Assembly (NCBI GenBank): GCA_963700985.1
Contig: OY969554.1
Location: 1,888,001 to 1,952,000, forward strand
Direction of reading: 5' to 3'
Source of the DNA: an uncultured Chlamydiales bacterium
Lineage (GTDB): Bacteria > Chlamydiota > Chlamydiia > Chlamydiales > Rhabdochlamydiaceae
Length of the DNA: 64,000 nt
The notes under the pieces: model-generated
What the model saw: the letters and a program-made list of their open reading frames with translations, nothing else
What the model was told of the DNA's origin: nothing
The model's database searches: none
Part shown: positions 41,147-50,600 of the stretch, piece after piece
Layout of the letters: every line of letters begins with the position of its first letter
Numbering within the stretch: position 1 is the stretch's first letter
Position numbers and translations under genes: made by a program

Positions 41147-41892
41147 AGATCTTAGATACAGGGCGAGCGTCAGCAGAGCAGAACATGCGGCTCGATAGCG
41201 AGTTGCTTGAATCGCTAGGTTCAGAGCCTATTTTGCATTTCTATGAATGGGAGAAAGAGAGCATTAGCCATGGCTATTTTATTGAGCCAGGGAAGCTGCT
41301 CGACTTAAACCAGGTGGAAGCACAAGGCATCGATCTCGCCCGTAGACCTACCGGTGGAGGCGTGGTCTTTCACCTGTGGGATTTTGCCTTTTCGGTGCTA
41401 ATCCCAGCCTCTTCTCCAAATTTTTCACTGAATACGCTCGATAACTATGATTTTATTAATCAGGCAGTGCTGCAAGCGGTTCAAGAATTTTTAGGCAGGG
41501 GAGAGAAGCTGGAGCTAATTCCTCAAGATGCGGGCGCCTGGGACCTAAGCTGCAATAGCTTCTGCATGGCCAAGCCCACCAAGTATGATCTGGTTTTAGA
41601 AGGACGGAAAATAGCTGGAGCTGCCCAACGCAAGCGCAAACAGGGATTTTTGCATCAGGGGACGATCGCACTAGTCATACCCCCAGAAGAGAGATTGAGG
41701 AAGTTACTGCTTCCCGAAAGCAGGGTGGCAGATGCGATTTTAGCCCATACACATCCACTGCTGGCATATCCGCTGCTAGACAATCAAGCCTCGCAGCTCG
41801 AGATTGATGAAGTTAAGGGGCAGCTACGCCAGCTTTTGCAAAAATCTCTCACGCAAAACATGGAAAATGTGTTAAATTTTCCAGTCACATGA
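41137..41892 (+). CDS. lplA: Lipoate--protein ligase family protein
   Basis: Motifs NMRLD, RRPTGGGVVFH, KIAGAAQR and LHQGTI. gcvH lies nearby. Confidence 0.85.
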   Translation: MQLKILDTGRASAEQNMRLDSELLESLGSEPILHFYEWEKESISHGYFIEPGKLLDLNQVEAQGIDLARRPTGGGVVFHLWDFAFSVLIPASSPNFSLNTLDNYDFINQAVLQAVQEFLGRGEKLELIPQDAGAWDLSCNSFCMAKPTKYDLVLEGRKIAGAAQRKRKQGFLHQGTIALVIPPEERLRKLLLPESRVADAILAHTHPLLAYPLLDNQASQLEIDEVKGQLRQLLQKSLTQNMENVLNFPVT

Positions 41893-43412
41893 AAGATCAA
41901 AAGAAAACTGCCATTCAACCCACGCGTGAAGAAGACTACCCAGAGTGGTATCAGCAGGTAATCCGTGCTGCTGACCTGGCTGAGCATTCGCCTGTGCGCG
42001 GTTGCATGGTGATCAAGCCTTGGGGTTATGGAATCTGGGAAAACATGCAGCGCGTGCTGGATGGCATGTTCAAAGCCACGGGCCACCAGAACGCCTATTT
42101 CCCTCTCTTTATTCCTCTTAGTTTTTTAGAAAAAGAAGCTCAGCACGTCGAAGGCTTTGCCAAAGAGTGCGCCGTAGTGACGCATCATCGCCTTGAAGCG
42201 GGCAAAGACGGCAAACTTGTGCCAGCTGGCCCTTTAGATGAACCGTTAATCGTCCGTCCTACCTCTGAAACAATGATCGGCGAGATGTTCTCTAGATGGG
42301 TAACCTCTTATCGAGATCTGCCGCTACTCATCAACCAGTGGTGCAATGTGGTCCGTTGGGAGATGCGCACAAGACTTTTCTTACGCACAACCGAATTTCT
42401 CTGGCAGGAAGGGCACACAGCTCATTCGACTAAAGAGGAAGCGCTCGAAGAGACGCTGCGCATGTTGCACGTTTATGAAGAGTTCATGCAGAAATATCTG
42501 GCCATCCCTGTCATCAAAGGTGAAAAGACGGAAAAAGAACGATTTCCTGGCGCGGTTTCAACTTATACGATTGAGATGATGATGCAGGATCGTAAGGCTC
42601 TGCAGGGTGGAACTTCTCACTTCTTGGGTCAGAACTTCTCGAAAGCTTCAGGCATCAAATTTCGCGATGCTGAAGGCGGAGAGCAGTTTGCGTGGACTAC
42701 CTCTTGGGGTTCAACCACCCGCATGATCGGTGCTCTCATTATGACACATAGTGATGATGACGGGCTGGTCCTGCCACCTAAAATTGCCGGCGCCCACATT
42801 GTTATTCTTCCTGTGATCCATAAAGAAGAGACCAAAAAAGATGTCCTCGCCTACTGCCACAGCCTAGCAGGTGAGCTGCGTCATATCCAATATGATGGTA
42901 GACCCCTGACTGTGCTCGTCGACGAGCGTGAGATGGGTGGGGGAGATAAACTCTGGTCTTGGGTGAAAAAAGGTGTGCCTTTACGGCTCGAGATTGGTCC
43001 GCGTGACATCGCTAATGGACGCCTCAGCCTTTTCCGTAGAGACCGGCCGGCCCGCGAAGCCCAGCAGATCGCACGTGCCGAACTAATTGAAACAGCTACA
43101 TCTATTCTTGAAGATATCCAGCAGGGCCTTTTCACGCGTGCTGTGCATCGGCGCGATGCGCATATCAAAAAAATCGATAGCAAGAAAGATTTCTACGACT
43201 TCTTTACCGCTAAAAATGCTGAAAAGCCCGAGATCCATGGCGGCTTTGCCCTTACTCACTGGAACGGCGATAGAGCTGTTGAAGATGAGGTTCAAGAGAA
43301 ACTCGGCGTGACCATCCGTTGCATCCCTCTAAATGGCGAAAAAGAAGAGGGCATCTGCCCCTTCACTGGACAAAAGAGCCCTCAAAGGGTCATTTTTGCC
43401 AAATCCTACTAA
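41889..43412 (+). CDS. proS: Proline--tRNA ligase, archaeal/eukaryote-like type
   Basis: Motifs RPTSET, FLRTTEFLWQEGHT, GTSHFLGQNF and C-terminal FAKSY. No editing insertion domain. Confidence 0.95.
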   Translation: MKDQKKTAIQPTREEDYPEWYQQVIRAADLAEHSPVRGCMVIKPWGYGIWENMQRVLDGMFKATGHQNAYFPLFIPLSFLEKEAQHVEGFAKECAVVTHHRLEAGKDGKLVPAGPLDEPLIVRPTSETMIGEMFSRWVTSYRDLPLLINQWCNVVRWEMRTRLFLRTTEFLWQEGHTAHSTKEEALEETLRMLHVYEEFMQKYLAIPVIKGEKTEKERFPGAVSTYTIEMMMQDRKALQGGTSHFLGQNFSKASGIKFRDAEGGEQFAWTTSWGSTTRMIGALIMTHSDDDGLVLPPKIAGAHIVILPVIHKEETKKDVLAYCHSLAGELRHIQYDGRPLTVLVDEREMGGGDKLWSWVKKGVPLRLEIGPRDIANGRLSLFRRDRPAREAQQIARAELIETATSILEDIQQGLFTRAVHRRDAHIKKIDSKKDFYDFFTAKNAEKPEIHGGFALTHWNGDRAVEDEVQEKLGVTIRCIPLNGEKEEGICPFTGQKSPQRVIFAKSY

Positions 43413-43470
43413 AATCGAATCGTATAGTTGTTGAGATGGAATCGACGAATTTATTTATTCGAGGTCAAAA

Positions 43471-43744
43471 TCACTTTCCAAACAAGTCTGAATGTGTTCC
43501 TGTCCTAATGAAATAAATTTCGCGTTTAGTTATGCTATACACAAGAAGCCAATCCGGTTCGATATGGCACTCCCGGCATCCCTTAATAATCTCCGATTAA
43601 AGGGTGGTCCCTGTGTTTTGGGTCGAGCAGTTCCTCACTCATCAACTTATCCATGATGGTTATAAGTTTTGATAGATTTTTCCCGCGTTTCTTTGCAAGT
43701 TTGTAATCTCGCTTAAACTGGCTCGAACGAATAGGATCTAGCAT
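43471..43744 (-). pseudogene. YafQ-family mRNA interferase toxin, frameshifted
   Basis: Reads MLDPIRSSQFKRDYK...HRDHPLIGDY*, then in the next frame KGCRECHIEPDWLLVY...RTGTHSDLFGK*. Length 274 bp = 3n+1. Confidence 0.88.
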
Positions 43745-43983
43745 TATTTTTCCAAATCTTCGAGTAGAGAATCAAGATTTTCAAATCTTTTCGTATTTTT
43801 TCCAGACAGGGCTTGTTTGATCGCTTTCTCTGTGACTTTGTTGTATTTTTTATGCATAAATTCGTCGAAGCTCATTAACATGAGGTCTTTAATAGACAGA
43901 TCCATCATTGAAGCAATAGTTTTTATCCGCTTATGCTTCGCTGCTGGAACGTCAATTGTAATCCGTTGGGTTCTAGTAGTCAT
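43744..43983 (-). CDS. Antitoxin (RHH-like N-terminus, DinJ/RelB-like C-terminus)
   Basis: 79 aa; RITIDVP...HKRIK and NKVTEKAI...FENLDSLLEDL. Coupled to the toxin by a TAATG overlap; AGGAGG RBS. Confidence 0.8.
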   Translation of the reverse strand: MTTRTQRITIDVPAAKHKRIKTIASMMDLSIKDLMLMSFDEFMHKKYNKVTEKAIKQALSGKNTKRFENLDSLLEDLEK

Positions 43984-44184
43984 ATTGATTCCTCCTTTTT
44001 GTCATTTACTATGCATGAAAATACAGAAATGCACAATTCAGTAAATTTATTTATAGAATCCGGCCTTCACCAACATAAAAGCTTAGATTTTGACCAGATC
44101 TTGAAACTGGATCTCACTAGCCAAAATTTTAATGGCTGGTCAAAAAATAGGTAACCGTTATTATAAGGGTAGGAGGATCAAAAA

Positions 44185-44310
44185 ATGCTGGTTTACCTTC
44201 TCGCCCATCTTCTGGCCGACCAAAAACTGCCGACCTCTGAGGCATGTTTAAAGCTTTTACGTCGTGTAAAGCCCAAAAAAAACCTTCTAGCTCTTTTAAA
44301 GATTAAATAA
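44185..44310 (+). CDS. Putative 41-aa small protein, absent from the ORF track
   Basis: AGGAGG at 44171-44176, 8 nt before the ATG. Product MLVYLLAHLLADQKLPTSEACLKLLRRVKPKKNLLALLKIK*. Confidence 0.5.
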   Translation: MLVYLLAHLLADQKLPTSEACLKLLRRVKPKKNLLALLKIK

Positions 44311-44348
44311 TCCAGCTAAACTCCCACTTTTCATAATTGGGAGTGGCC

Positions 44349-46655
44349 ATGCTTAGCTTTTTCCGTAAACACCAACGCGGCTTTTTCATTTTTGTGACGG
44401 TGATTATCGTCATTTCATTTACCTTTTTTGGGGGAGTAAGCTCCTTTATCAACACCGAAGAGGTTCAGGATGAAGTGATTGGTAAAGCGGTCGATGGCTC
44501 GAATATCTCAAAACGTGAAGTTGAAGAACTGGTGCGTTTTCTTTCTACCAGTGCACAAGATGCGGCGCTGCTCGGAAGAGATAAGATTCCGAATATGCTC
44601 AACGATGATGTGATTCGCAAAGATTTTCTCTCAACTGGCATGGGCGAGCAGTTAGCTGGGCGCTTTTTTGAGCTTTTAAAGCCTGAGGTAGAAGAGCGAT
44701 TTCTCAAAGTAAAAAATTACGTGCCTTACGCGCATCCAGAAGCACCCTTTATTAATGTCTCTTCTATATGGCAGCAGTTTCAGCCGGAAGTCATTCAGCA
44801 CATGGCCTTTTTGAAAGAGGGATGTCAGGCTGCAGACTTAAGCTTTTTCTCTATGCTCTCGCAATTATCCATTAAGCAGCTCAACTTTCCGGCTGCGATG
44901 GTACGTCGTATCCTTCTCTATCAACAGAGCCAATATCCCGATCTCAGACCGGATGAGAGTCTGCATTATGCGAATCTTCAACCTTATGGTTTTGAGACGA
45001 TGGAAGACTGGTTAGGCAGAGGGTACATGCAGCTGATCGCTCAATATATTATCAACGCTGCCAAAATCGCTGAAAAACGTGGGTATGCGATCTCGAATGA
45101 AGAGGTGAAAATTGAACTTCTAAAAAATATGCAGACAGGCATTGCTGCCTTACATCTTAAAGATAACCCCTCTATCACTGATGCGCGCGCCTTTTTACGT
45201 CAGCAACTGCACCATCTCGGCTTGAATGAGAACCACGCGGTTAAGATTTGGAAGAAAGTCATGCTCTTCCGCCGTCTTTTTAGTGATGTGGGTAGTTTTG
45301 CCCTCGTAGATGCACTGCCTTTTGATGCATTTAGTGCTTATGCAGATGATGGAGTTAAGGTGGAGCAGTATGGGATCAGTGATGGTCTGCGCATCCGAGA
45401 TTTTCGCTCGATGCTCAAGTTCCAGTGTTATCTGGAAGGCGTAGCTGGAGTGTCTCGTTCGAGTTTGCAGGTTCCAAAAAATTCTCCTTCTGTTCAAGAG
45501 GTTGAGAAGCGTGCGCCAGAATTCGTACAGCGCAGATGCCGGCTTGAATGGAGAGAGGTTAAGAAAGAAGAGATTGCACAACGTGTCACCTTAAAAGAGA
45601 CGTGGCAGTGGGAAGGTGAAGAGAAAAACTGGCAGATTTTACAGAGCCGTTTTCATAATCTCGCCCGAGAGCTGACTAAAACACATGCTGGACGTTTAGC
45701 TTTCTTGGATAATTTAGATCAAAAAGAGCGCATAAAAATCGATCGCGTGGCACGTCTTGAGATCATCGACAACCATCCTGAATGGATTGAAGAAGCTTTT
45801 GCACGTGGGACACCGAAAAGAGAAGATGTTGGCTTGCGTTTGAAGGGTAGCAATCTGCCTTTTGCCGAAGTAATGTCAGTGCCCACACTCATCGAGCACT
45901 TATCACAAAAGCCTGTGCTCGCTGTGAACTCTGCCGATGAGGAGTCTCTCTATCGCATCCATGTCTTGGAAATCGCGCCGCAAAATGAGATTTTAACCTT
46001 TGCCCAGCTCTCATCTGATGGAACCCTAGATAAACTTTTGGATGTGCGCCTGGAAGAGGCTTATCCAGAAGTGCGCAAGAAGAATCCTGCGCTTTTCCAA
46101 CTCGCCAAAGGCGAATGGAAACCGTTTATCGAAGTGCGCGATCAAGTGGGCGCTATGGTTTATGCGCCACTTTTAAAAGCGATTGAAGACGAGTGGAAGC
46201 AAGCTGGACATGAACTCGCCCAAAAAGAGGGCGCACAACCGCTGGATTTTTATGTTAGCCGCCGTCTTTATCCTTGGATGCGCGAGATGCGTGCTAAAGT
46301 TGTTTTGACACCAGAAGACTCTACACTTATTCAAACAGGCGCGAGCTTTGATGATCAGTGGAAGCTGAAAAAAAGCGAACGCTTAGTCAAAAGATCAGAA
46401 AAAGTGCCTTTTGCCAAAGATGAGCTTTTTGCTCTGCATGGCGGTGGCTGGTCTTCCGTGGGTGCAGGCGAGCGTGGTGAGATCAGTTTCTGCCAGGTGC
46501 TTAAACATGAGCATCAAAAAGGAAGTTCTTTTGAGCAGCAGCAGCAGGTCAAAGAGGCTCTTTCCCGTGAAGCATGTCAGATCCTCATGCGTCAACTGCT
46601 CGATCAGATGGTTGAAAAGAAAGCCATCGGCATAAAAATTGGGCAAGAGGTCTAA
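44349..46655 (+). CDS. Chlamydial membrane-anchored protein (CT283-like; PpiD/SurA-N-like N-terminus)
   Basis: N-terminus MLSFFRKHQRGFFIFVTVIIVISFTFFG. Position upstream of gcvH matches CT283 as I recall it. Confidence 0.65.
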   Translation: MLSFFRKHQRGFFIFVTVIIVISFTFFGGVSSFINTEEVQDEVIGKAVDGSNISKREVEELVRFLSTSAQDAALLGRDKIPNMLNDDVIRKDFLSTGMGEQLAGRFFELLKPEVEERFLKVKNYVPYAHPEAPFINVSSIWQQFQPEVIQHMAFLKEGCQAADLSFFSMLSQLSIKQLNFPAAMVRRILLYQQSQYPDLRPDESLHYANLQPYGFETMEDWLGRGYMQLIAQYIINAAKIAEKRGYAISNEEVKIELLKNMQTGIAALHLKDNPSITDARAFLRQQLHHLGLNENHAVKIWKKVMLFRRLFSDVGSFALVDALPFDAFSAYADDGVKVEQYGISDGLRIRDFRSMLKFQCYLEGVAGVSRSSLQVPKNSPSVQEVEKRAPEFVQRRCRLEWREVKKEEIAQRVTLKETWQWEGEEKNWQILQSRFHNLARELTKTHAGRLAFLDNLDQKERIKIDRVARLEIIDNHPEWIEEAFARGTPKREDVGLRLKGSNLPFAEVMSVPTLIEHLSQKPVLAVNSADEESLYRIHVLEIAPQNEILTFAQLSSDGTLDKLLDVRLEEAYPEVRKKNPALFQLAKGEWKPFIEVRDQVGAMVYAPLLKAIEDEWKQAGHELAQKEGAQPLDFYVSRRLYPWMREMRAKVVLTPEDSTLIQTGASFDDQWKLKKSERLVKRSEKVPFAKDELFALHGGGWSSVGAGERGEISFCQVLKHEHQKGSSFEQQQQVKEALSREACQILMRQLLDQMVEKKAIGIKIGQEV

Positions 46656-46657
46656 AC

Positions 46658-47293
46658 GTGAGTGAAGAAATTTTAGATAAGATTGAGCCGCTTGTCGCTT
46701 TGGATTTTTTTGCACTTTCGTTTGAGATCGAATTTGCAAAAGCTTTCAAGAGGCTCTCTTCGCTGCCCGTTACCGCGCCTTTTTTAGGTGAAGAGGCGTT
46801 TGCTGAAGTCTCTATGGGCTGGAACAATGAAAGTTTGTTTGTCGAAGTAGTCGTGGATAAGCCCTTTGAAGAGTGTTTTTATCCTCAATTCAGCGATGGC
46901 GATGCTGTGGAACTTTTTTTTGATACGCGTGATTTGAAGTCTGCCGGATTTCTTACGCGTTTTTGCCATCACTTTGTGATCCTGCCTCAAAAAGTAGGTG
47001 AGATCCAAACTCAAGAACTCACACGTTTTCGCACTGAAGATACGCATCCGTTATGCGACCCTGATGAGATTAAGGTAAAGGCGGACTTTGGAAGGCGAAA
47101 GTATACGCTTGAAATAACCATTCCCTCCAATTGTTTGCATGGCTATGATCCGAGTTCTTTCGATCGTTTAGGCCTGACCTATCGCATTCATCGTTTTAAA
47201 GGCGAGCCGCAACATTTTTCGGTTTCTTCAAGGTATTATCCGATCGAACAAGAAGCTGCTCTTTGGAGCAGTGCAAAACTGGTTAAAAGATGA
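46658..47293 (+). CDS. Hypothetical protein, possible CBM9/DOMON-like beta-sandwich
   Basis: Pattern MGWNNESLFVEV, DAVELFFDTR and YTLEITIP. Tightly coupled to its neighbours. Confidence 0.6.
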   Translation: MSEEILDKIEPLVALDFFALSFEIEFAKAFKRLSSLPVTAPFLGEEAFAEVSMGWNNESLFVEVVVDKPFEECFYPQFSDGDAVELFFDTRDLKSAGFLTRFCHHFVILPQKVGEIQTQELTRFRTEDTHPLCDPDEIKVKADFGRRKYTLEITIPSNCLHGYDPSSFDRLGLTYRIHRFKGEPQHFSVSSRYYPIEQEAALWSSAKLVKR

Positions 47294-47655
47294 AGTTTAC
47301 AGAGTCACATGAATGGATAAGCGTGGAAGCAGGCATCGGCACTGTGGGCATCACTCAGCCGGCACAAGTTGAGCTGGGTGAAGTTGTGCATCTCGAACTT
47401 CCTGTAATTGGCAAGAGCGTTAAAGCCGGCGAAGAGGTGGCTGTATTAGAGTCGACCAAAGCCGCAGCTGATATCTACTCTCCTGTTTCCGGTGAGATCG
47501 TAGAGATTAACCGTGACTTGGTAAACTTTGTAGAAAAAATTAATCGCTCTCCTGAATTGGAAGGATGGCTCTTTAAGATAAAGCTTACGAACCCGGCTGA
47601 ATTAGACCGGCTCCTTGATCATGAACAATATTTGGCATTAATGTCTCATGAGTAA
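47290..47655 (+). CDS. gcvH: Glycine cleavage system H protein
   Basis: Motifs FTESHEW, lipoyl-Lys LESTKAAADIYSPVSG and GWLFKI. Confidence 0.95.
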   Translation: MKFTESHEWISVEAGIGTVGITQPAQVELGEVVHLELPVIGKSVKAGEEVAVLESTKAAADIYSPVSGEIVEINRDLVNFVEKINRSPELEGWLFKIKLTNPAELDRLLDHEQYLALMSHE

Positions 47656-50600
47656 GAAACCATATCGTCGAAAGAAAAAGGGGCTTTTTTTTCTTCTTTT
47701 TGGATTCTTTTTACTCTCTTTATTCCTCTTTCGTTCACCGCTTTTACGTTTTGGATTATCTTTCGTTCTTCCCGCATCTGTTAGCTATGAAACGCTGGAA
47801 TGGCAGTCTGGTAAAGTTGTAGCCAAAGGCATCTATTTTAAAGAAGAAGGGATGCAGCTGCATATCGATCAAGCTCAGCTCGCTTTTCGTCCAGCTTTTC
47901 GTCCACTTTATTTAGAAATGCAGTTAGAACTCTCTCATCCTGAAATTCTGCTCTCGAATGATGAGAGTCCAAATGCAGATTATCCTCTCTATCTTTTTGT
48001 GCCCACGCGCTTTGCTGGGATGAAATTGCGCATCACAAGCGGCGTGCTGACACTGGCAGAAACGCAGAGATTCTATTTCACCTTTGAGCCAGGTGCCGCC
48101 AAGGAAGAGATCGGTCATTTTGCGCTCTCTTCAGATCCTGCGCTTTTTCATCTGCCTCTTTTGCAGCTCGATCTAAAGATGGAAGAGGAAAATTTAGCGG
48201 CTCACCTTAAAACCGAAGAGATCTTAACACCACACCTTTTTCAGCTGGCGAGTGCTTTTTATCCCCCTCTCTTAAATGGGTGGAAGAGCAGTCAGGGCCT
48301 AGTAGAGCTTGAAGCCAATGCACTCATATCCCCGCACTTTTCGCTTTGTGCCTTCAATGCAGAAATCGCCGGTCACTCTTTTGACTTTTTTCATCCAAAG
48401 CTTGGCTTAGAGATTCAAGGTGAACATATGCAGGGAAAATTTTTCCTGCCGCTTTTATCTGAAAAGCGCGAAGACCTTTGGAAGGAATTAACCGTCTCAT
48501 TTTCTTTAGAAGGTGCCGAAGGCTTTTATACGCTCTCACCAGAAGAGAAGGTAAAAGTTTTGGGTCGCACCAAAGCCAAACTCGTTTTAGAGCCTGAGAA
48601 AGAGCCAACATTCAATGTCAGTTCTTTCTTATATAGTGGCGAAAAAGAACTCGCTCTGCAACTTCAGGGCGCTGGTAAAATACAACCGGATGGAAGTTTT
48701 TGGACGACACTCAATGTTAAGCTTGCCCAGGAGCAGGGGCCGCCGATGCATGCAACGCTTTCCGTTGCCTCACCCCAAGAAAAAGAGTATGTCATCCAGG
48801 CTGACATTCAAGAGATGGGTCCCGAGCTCTTTCCTCTGATTAGCCACTGGGCCACTTTTTGTCCGACAGAAGGATTCATCGAAGGCAAGATGATCGCTGA
48901 GATTAAAAATAATCGTCTCGAACGGCTTGGCTTCAACGAGTTTAAGCTGCGTGAACTGGCATTTGCGCTGCCGAGTAAACACTGTTCGGGAAGAATCGAT
49001 CTGCTTGAAATGACAGGTGAGATTGTTGGATCACAGCAAGGAACAAACTATGGCTGGGGATTTAATCAACTCTGTCTGCAATCATTTCGCAGCAAGCTGC
49101 AATTTGGCAAAACAATCCTAAAAGGGGATGAACTAGAACTCACTTTTGATCAGCAAGTAATTGCGCGAGCAGCTTTTAAAGGCTCCTATCAAGGAGTCGC
49201 AGCTGACATCGAAGTGCACCGAGGTGCAGATCCTTCTCCTTTGATCTATGCTCTGGTTGGAACGGCCTCATTGCAAGAAGCTAGCACGATTGAATTTGGC
49301 TGCCACCTCATGCGCCGCTCTTTTTCATCTTTGGATGAACTGATCACTTTATTTCATCCGCTGCAGGGTTGGCTGCGCTCTTCATCACTATCATCGAATG
49401 TTTATCAAAATCTAGTTAAAAGCTTCGATCCGCATATGCGGGTAGATGGCGCGCTTAATGTTTGCGCTGCATTTGATGAGAAGAAGTTTGAGTTTTCACT
49501 TCAATCTTCTGAGCTCAATCTAGAACATCCGCAGTTCGATTTCCAAGTTCCACAATTAGGCGGCCTGAACCCTGATCTCAAAGCGATCTTTACCTATGAA
49601 TATGAGAAAGGTCATTTTGAAGGACGGATCCCGATTCTCGAAGGAAAACTCATCGAAAAGAAGACGGGCTTAGAAATTGAGAAGATTGCGGGGATTTGTC
49701 GAGTAGTCAAAGATCAGATCACACTTGAAGGTGTAAAAGCTGAATGCGACAAGGTACGCTTTCAGGGAAATGTGCATCTGGGAATCTCTGAGCAAAAAAC
49801 GCTCGATTTAATCATAGAATCCTCTTCGCTTGAGGCTGAAGCTCCCGATTTTTGCCGTCTTCTGCAGCGCTTTAGCTCTTTTCCGATGGCCACCTTGCCC
49901 ATCACCGGTCAGATTGTTAGCCCAGCCGGTGGATTTACTCTATTTGCACGCACTGGCAGTGATATAAAAGATCCGATTGCCTGGCGTTTTAAAGGCGAAT
50001 TTGTACACGGTGCTGTGGCTCTTTCTTCTGCCTTGCAGCTTAAAGAACTCGCCTGCGGACTCGAAGCTGATTCACATGCCCAAAGCTTCTCATTTGTCGA
50101 TGGGCATGGACTCTTAGCTGTGGCAGATGGTTCGACATATCAAGTCGATTTTCCTCACGCCATTTTTAAGAAAGAGCAAGGACTTCAAGGTGAGTTTGGT
50201 TTGCGTCTTCGCCAAGGTGCCAAAGAGATTATTTGGTTAAGCGGCAACGTGCTTACAAGCGCGCAGGGAAATCTCACAATTGCTTTTGATTCCACACATT
50301 CACATTTTTTTCAGACAAAACTCTACGATGCCAATGTGGCGTTAACCGAGCAGGGTAAACTGCTTAGTCTAGCCTGTCATCTGGCGATTCCCGGTAAAGA
50401 ATTACCCATGCAGTGTGCCTTTCTGCAGAAGTGTGGGCTGGCTGCGTTTGATCCCACACTTGTAACCTGCAACGGCGAAATCGATCTGCGCGTGCAGCTA
50501 AGTGATTTTCTCGCATTTGAAGCAGAGGGCCAAGAGCTCATTTTCCGTGGTAAGCCCTACCAGCATTTTAGCGTTAAAGGCGAAAAGCGCGGCGCCGAAT

